NCBI GenBank assembly: GCA_025774605.1
Contig: JALGVR010000005.1
Location: 1 to 52,312 of the forward strand
Direction of reading: 5' to 3'
Length of the DNA stretch: 52,312 nucleotides
Source of the DNA: a bacterium
GTDB taxonomy: Bacteria > Electryoneota > AABM5-125-24 > Hatepunaeales > Hatepunaeaceae
Made by a program: the position numbers and the translations under genes. Each line of letters starts with the position of its first letter. Within the stretch, counting starts at the first letter, position 1. A model generated the notes under the pieces. The model saw nothing but the letters and a program-made list of their open reading frames with translations. It did no database searches and was not told the DNA's origin. This document shows, in pieces, positions 47,101-52,312 of the stretch.

Positions 47101-47970
47101 TCACATTCGCAGTTTCCATGCCAGTGATATGAAATAAGCGCGTGCCTTTACCGACATCGTCCCGGAATCAATCCGGTCATCGATCGATAGTGAGACGGGG
47201 ACTGGAGGGGATGAACTGAAGAAGTCAACCTGTGCGGCGAGATAAACCACTGCCGTAACCACCGCGAACCCCCAGGTCATCCGGTATGAACGGTTATAAC
47301 TGTCGTACCCGGCGTCGATTTCCGCCGGATCGCGGGCGGCGAGGTAATCATCCCGGTTTCGGCTTGTTTCAAGCGCCGAGACGACCAATCCGGTTACGGC
47401 AACGGCTTCGATGCCGGCGAAAATATAGCCCTTTCGCCTGCCTTCCGTCAGGTGGCCCCAGCCGGGAAAGACGAGCGATTTCACCGCCGCAGAAGGCTGG
47501 CGGTACACCGGTTTGAAGATGTAGGCGGTATCAATCCTCGCTGTGGTCGGCGGCGTATCGGCTGCTGCGGGTTCAGCGCCGGTCGTCGCACGATTTTCCA
47601 GCCTTCTCTTGACTGTCTCAGAGGTGGGGAGCGGAATCCGGTTGCGCACCGATTCATAGATCTTCCACACCGGCGGCGGCAGTTCGGACGGGGATAGTTC
47701 AATCGATGGATCGAGGTCAAGAGCGATTTCAAAGGAAGTGACGGCGACGCTGTCCTTCCCCTGTATTGCATCCGCACAACCCAGCGTGAGATAGAGCCTC
47801 GCCAGTTGGGTGGTATCGGCGGAGCCGGAGCCTTCAGCCTCGATCACCAACTGCTCGACCCGGTCAAAATCGCCGACAAGATAGGCCTCCCACGCTTCAT
47901 CAGCCGGACCGGCGGCATGCAGGGAGACGGAAACCAGGATATTAAGCAGGACAACCGTCCCGAGGATCAT
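47101..47970 (-). CDS. Exported TPR protein with a DUF5683-like membrane C-terminus; start placed at MILGTVV
   Basis: Signal peptide, TPR (ALDLDP...PP), SLVFPGWGH motif and two hydrophobic helices; ATGA overlap with the Kelch gene stop. Confidence 0.78.
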   Translation of the reverse strand: MILGTVVLLNILVSVSLHAAGPADEAWEAYLVGDFDRVEQLVIEAEGSGSADTTQLARLYLTLGCADAIQGKDSVAVTSFEIALDLDPSIELSPSELPPPVWKIYESVRNRIPLPTSETVKRRLENRATTGAEPAAADTPPTTARIDTAYIFKPVYRQPSAAVKSLVFPGWGHLTEGRRKGYIFAGIEAVAVTGLVVSALETSRNRDDYLAARDPAEIDAGYDSYNRSYRMTWGFAVVTAVVYLAAQVDFFSSSPPVPVSLSIDDRIDSGTMSVKARAYFISLAWKLRM

Positions 47971-49187
47971 TTCACCACCACGATTCGCCCGGTCTGCGCA
48001 ACGCCCCCGGACAGAGGCGCATACCTGTAGATGTAACACCCGGCGCTGAACGGACTGCTGTCCCATATCCGGCAGCCGCCCGATGCGGGGATGGAGATGT
48101 CCGCGATCGATCTGCCGTTCAGGTCAGACAGTTTCAGAAGCGCCGTACCGGGAGGCAGGATGAACCTGACGGAACCGTTGGTCGGATTCGGCAGCGTCAC
48201 AACAGGTGATACCCGGGGTGGGTAGTGACCGTAATCGGCTACGTCACTGGCGTCGTCGTACAGGATTTCAACCGAATTCAGCACAGTCATCATCCGCTGG
48301 CCTCTGCCGCCGATGGCGTAAAGGGTATCGTTCAACTCGATCAGCGCGAAATCCATGCGCGGGGTGGTCATCCCGGGCAGCTCACGCTCGACCCACTCGT
48401 TGTCCCGCGCTGAATAAGCCTCCACGAGGTTGGTCACCTGCCTGTCGTGCATGCGGGTTCTGCCGCCGGCGACTATCAACAGGTCACCCAGGAATGCTGC
48501 GCCCAGTCCACCCCTGGCGGTGGGCATCGGTTGAAGATTCACCCAGCCGCGCCCGCGCAGCACCTCAAAGCTGTTCAACGGTCCACCGAGGTTAAACCCA
48601 CCGATCGCCCAGACGACATCGTCTCTCTCCAACAGTCCGAAATTGGCGCGGGGATTGTTGAGAGTGTCAGCGACCGTCCACCTCGAGCTGTCCGGCGAAA
48701 ACCATCTGCCCCTCCCTTCGAATCTCCGTTCTCCCGCCGCGCCGCCCAGGATCAGGATCCTCCTGCCGACCCTCGCCGCGCCATGACCGTACAGGTAAGG
48801 CTCCGACATTCGCCCCGCGACCAGAAACGTGTCGTTCTCCGGGTTGTAGAGATAGATCCTGTTGTTGAAGTTCCCGTTGCTGGTCAAGCCGCCGATTATC
48901 AGGATGTTCCGTCCGTAACTGACGGCGGTGGCCTGATACAGCGGCGCCGGCAGCGGCTCTATCTCGCGCCAGCCTCCCCGCCGGGGAATGAAGACCTCTG
49001 CGGAGGTGGTCATTTCCCGACGAGCGCCGCGCATGCCGCCGAACACATAGATTCTCCCTTCGTGCGCCACGGCGGCATACCCCATGCGGGGATCGTGCAT
49101 CGATGGCGCCGCTCCCCACCTGAGATCAGCCGACGCCGCCGGCGCCAGGAGAAACAACAGTACCGATATATATACGATCAGCTTCAT
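47967..49187 (-). CDS. Secreted Kelch-repeat beta-propeller with a PNP-type C-terminal domain
   Basis: Signal peptide; about six repeats (IYVFGG, ILIIGG, ILILGG, VWAIGG, LIVAGG, LYAIGG); LPNPTNG...DLNGR...AGCY. Confidence 0.88.
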   Translation of the reverse strand: MKLIVYISVLLFLLAPAASADLRWGAAPSMHDPRMGYAAVAHEGRIYVFGGMRGARREMTTSAEVFIPRRGGWREIEPLPAPLYQATAVSYGRNILIIGGLTSNGNFNNRIYLYNPENDTFLVAGRMSEPYLYGHGAARVGRRILILGGAAGERRFEGRGRWFSPDSSRWTVADTLNNPRANFGLLERDDVVWAIGGFNLGGPLNSFEVLRGRGWVNLQPMPTARGGLGAAFLGDLLIVAGGRTRMHDRQVTNLVEAYSARDNEWVERELPGMTTPRMDFALIELNDTLYAIGGRGQRMMTVLNSVEILYDDASDVADYGHYPPRVSPVVTLPNPTNGSVRFILPPGTALLKLSDLNGRSIADISIPASGGCRIWDSSPFSAGCYIYRYAPLSGGVAQTGRIVVVK

Positions 49188-49248
49188 TATCCTGGAAAGT
49201 ATGTCGAGCCCTCAATTACATTTAACGGGAGCGTTTTACAGTTGTGCC

Positions 49249-49318
49249 GTTATCCCGAACGCAGTGAGGGATCTTCCTGGTGTAAGGAGATGAGATTCTT
49301 CACTTCGTTCAGAATGAC
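49249..49318. repeat. Inverted pair of GTCATTCTGAAC-type REP-like units
   Basis: GTTATCCCGAACGCAGTGAGGGATCT (49249-49274) vs AGATTCTTCACTTCGTTCAGAATGAC (49293-49318), 20/26 complementary. Confidence 0.75.
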
Positions 49319-49408
49319 GCATCGCCCTGTTCACAATGACGCATCGCCCTGTTCACAATGACGCATCGCCCTGTTCACAACGACGTAGTGCTCCGTTCAC
49401 AATGACGC
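49307..49408. repeat. 22-bp tandem repeat, about 4.6 copies
   Basis: Unit GTTCACAATGACGCATCGCCCT starting at 49307, 49329, 49351, 49373 (diverged) and 49395 (partial). Confidence 0.92.
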
Positions 49409-49472
49409 GCGGAAATACAACCATAAGTTGCCCCCCGTAATGAGCTTGACGGCAACGGATGTTGATCCTCTG

Positions 49473-51008
49473 TTAATGCTTTACACTGTTTATGTCAGTC
49501 GCAATCATCGTGCCGCTCTTCATGTCGACGCGCAGGCTGCGGCGCCCGCCCGGCTCAACCTCGATCGGTGTGCGCCAGGTCTTGAATTCGGGATGTTTTA
49601 TTTCGATCAGATGTTCCCCCGGCGCCAGCCAGAGCGGGCTTTTGCGCGGAAGCAGACCGATTGAATCGCCATCGACCCACAAGCAGCCCCAGGGAACGGC
49701 GGAGAGACTGACCCGTGCGTTCTCAGCGGTGAAATCGACCTCGACCGTGTCCCGCAGGCCGGACTTAAGTATCAACCTCCGCCGAACTTCCGGATAGAGA
49801 TCGTGCCTGAAAACAACATCGTGCTCTCCTGCCGGCAGCAGAATCGTGCCCAACGGTGTCACCCCGGCATCCCGCCCGTCGACGGTTACCTCAGCCCAGG
49901 GACGGGCGATAACGGTCAGCCGCGCCGGCTTGCGGGCGACTGAGGTTTCGACCGGCGCCGGTTCATACCGGATCGCCGGTTCGATCACCGGAACCAAGGT
50001 GTCGACGTCTGTGCTGATCACCGTAGATTCAGCTTGAACATCCAGGGTGTCTCCCGTCTGCTCCGATGCCACATTCTCATCGGCGCCGCTTCGTCCCTCG
50101 ATGCGCGAAGCCCGGTCCGACCGGAACAGCATGGCGAACACGACAATCAGCGCCACGCCCAGAGCCGCCCAGGCAAGCGTCAATCTCTTCCCGGTTGTCT
50201 CTTTCCGCGTCAGCGGCTCGCCTTCAAGAATGGCGATGGCTGCGTCGGGATTGACTGGTCTCGCCTGCGGATCCCGCTCCAGCAGAGTATCGATCAGCTC
50301 GGCCAACCCGGGTGTAAACCGCTTCTTCCCCGTGAGCCGCGGCGGTTCGATCTTCCTGATCCTGTCGAGGCTGACCAGCGGATCATCGGCAGCGTACGGG
50401 TTGAAGCCGGTCAAGGCCTCAAGCAGTATGACACCCACTCCGAACAGATCCGAACGCGCTGAAGCGGGTTTCCCCTCCGCCAGTTCGGGAGCCATATATG
50501 CCGGTGAACCGACGATGGCGCCGTGTTGTGTCACGCCCGGCAACGCCTCAAATCCGGCCAGCGAAAAATCCGCCAGTACGATCCTGCCGTCTCTGCCGAT
50601 CAGGATATTGTCAGGTTTCAGATCGCGGTGGAGCAACCCCTGCGCATGAACCGCGGATAAACCCTTCAGGATTGCCAGGGCGATCCGCCGGACCTCCTCC
50701 TCGCGCATGGGCCCCCTGGCGATTTCGTCCGCCAGTGTCCCGCCCTCGATCCATTCCAGCGCCAGGTAGGGAATCTCCTCCTCTTTGCCGCACTCATAGA
50801 CGCGCACCACGTTGGGGTGATCGATCCTCGCCACCGCCCTGCCCTCGCGGATGAACCGTTCGACCAGCTCTTCGTCCTCGATCCAGTGCCGGTGCAGCAC
50901 CTTCAGCAGGACTTTTCGATCAAGCGATCTCTGCCGTGCCGGATAAGCCGTGGCGACCTGACCGACATGCAGCGGACTCTCTATGTCAAACCGGTCTTCT
51001 AAGGACAA
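49473..51008 (-). CDS. Membrane Ser/Thr protein kinase with two PEGA-like domains (copy 2)
   Basis: VLLK, REG, HRDLKPDN, DFS, GSPAYMAPE, SDLFGVG; single TM; PWAEVTVDG...GVTP and PWGCLWVDG. Confidence 0.92.
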   Translation of the reverse strand: MSLEDRFDIESPLHVGQVATAYPARQRSLDRKVLLKVLHRHWIEDEELVERFIREGRAVARIDHPNVVRVYECGKEEEIPYLALEWIEGGTLADEIARGPMREEEVRRIALAILKGLSAVHAQGLLHRDLKPDNILIGRDGRIVLADFSLAGFEALPGVTQHGAIVGSPAYMAPELAEGKPASARSDLFGVGVILLEALTGFNPYAADDPLVSLDRIRKIEPPRLTGKKRFTPGLAELIDTLLERDPQARPVNPDAAIAILEGEPLTRKETTGKRLTLAWAALGVALIVVFAMLFRSDRASRIEGRSGADENVASEQTGDTLDVQAESTVISTDVDTLVPVIEPAIRYEPAPVETSVARKPARLTVIARPWAEVTVDGRDAGVTPLGTILLPAGEHDVVFRHDLYPEVRRRLILKSGLRDTVEVDFTAENARVSLSAVPWGCLWVDGDSIGLLPRKSPLWLAPGEHLIEIKHPEFKTWRTPIEVEPGGRRSLRVDMKSGTMIATDINSVKH

Positions 51009-51071
51009 GTCTGTTCCGTTAATTGGGAGCTGATATCGCCGCCCCGGCGAAACAATCTGTCGATGACGGGA

Positions 51072-52312
<1,241 letters not shown>

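Noticed and set aside
49307-49408. Possible CRISPR array
   Set aside because: Units are head-to-tail with no unique spacers, and no cas genes are present.

Overview
Bacterial chromosomal segment, GC-rich by eye with AT-rich intergenic gaps. The gene content suggests an FCB-group-associated lineage such as Calditrichota/Electryoneota/KSB1 (inference): secreted proteins ending in PNPFN-type C-terminal domains, a C25-family protein and a patatin-Omp85 fusion. It is mostly housekeeping and envelope genes: gcvPB, a heterodimeric ABC exporter, an aldolase, TolC plus ABC ATPase, an orphan DNA methyltransferase, cca, an AgcS symporter, nfeD, comEC, tRNA-Phe, tRNA-Arg, lon, an M14 peptidase, an S41 protease, comF, a GAF/HD-GYP protein and prmC. 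The most notable structure is in the right third: two convergently oriented paralogous modules, each a GAF-sigma54 enhancer-binding protein (bEBP) followed directly by a membrane Ser/Thr kinase with PEGA-like domains. Both bEBPs share an odd FCGNL motif, and both kinases lack the glycine-rich loop. The modules are flanked by envelope/secreted proteins (a lipoprotein; a Kelch protein and a TPR/DUF5683-like protein). Module 1 is preceded by three TGC-N9-GCA palindromes spaced 33 and 32 bp apart. Intergenic regions carry several REP-like palindrome families, one of which has seeded a 22-bp tandem array. No CRISPR array, integrase or transposase was seen. All family assignments come from motif recognition, not database searches.
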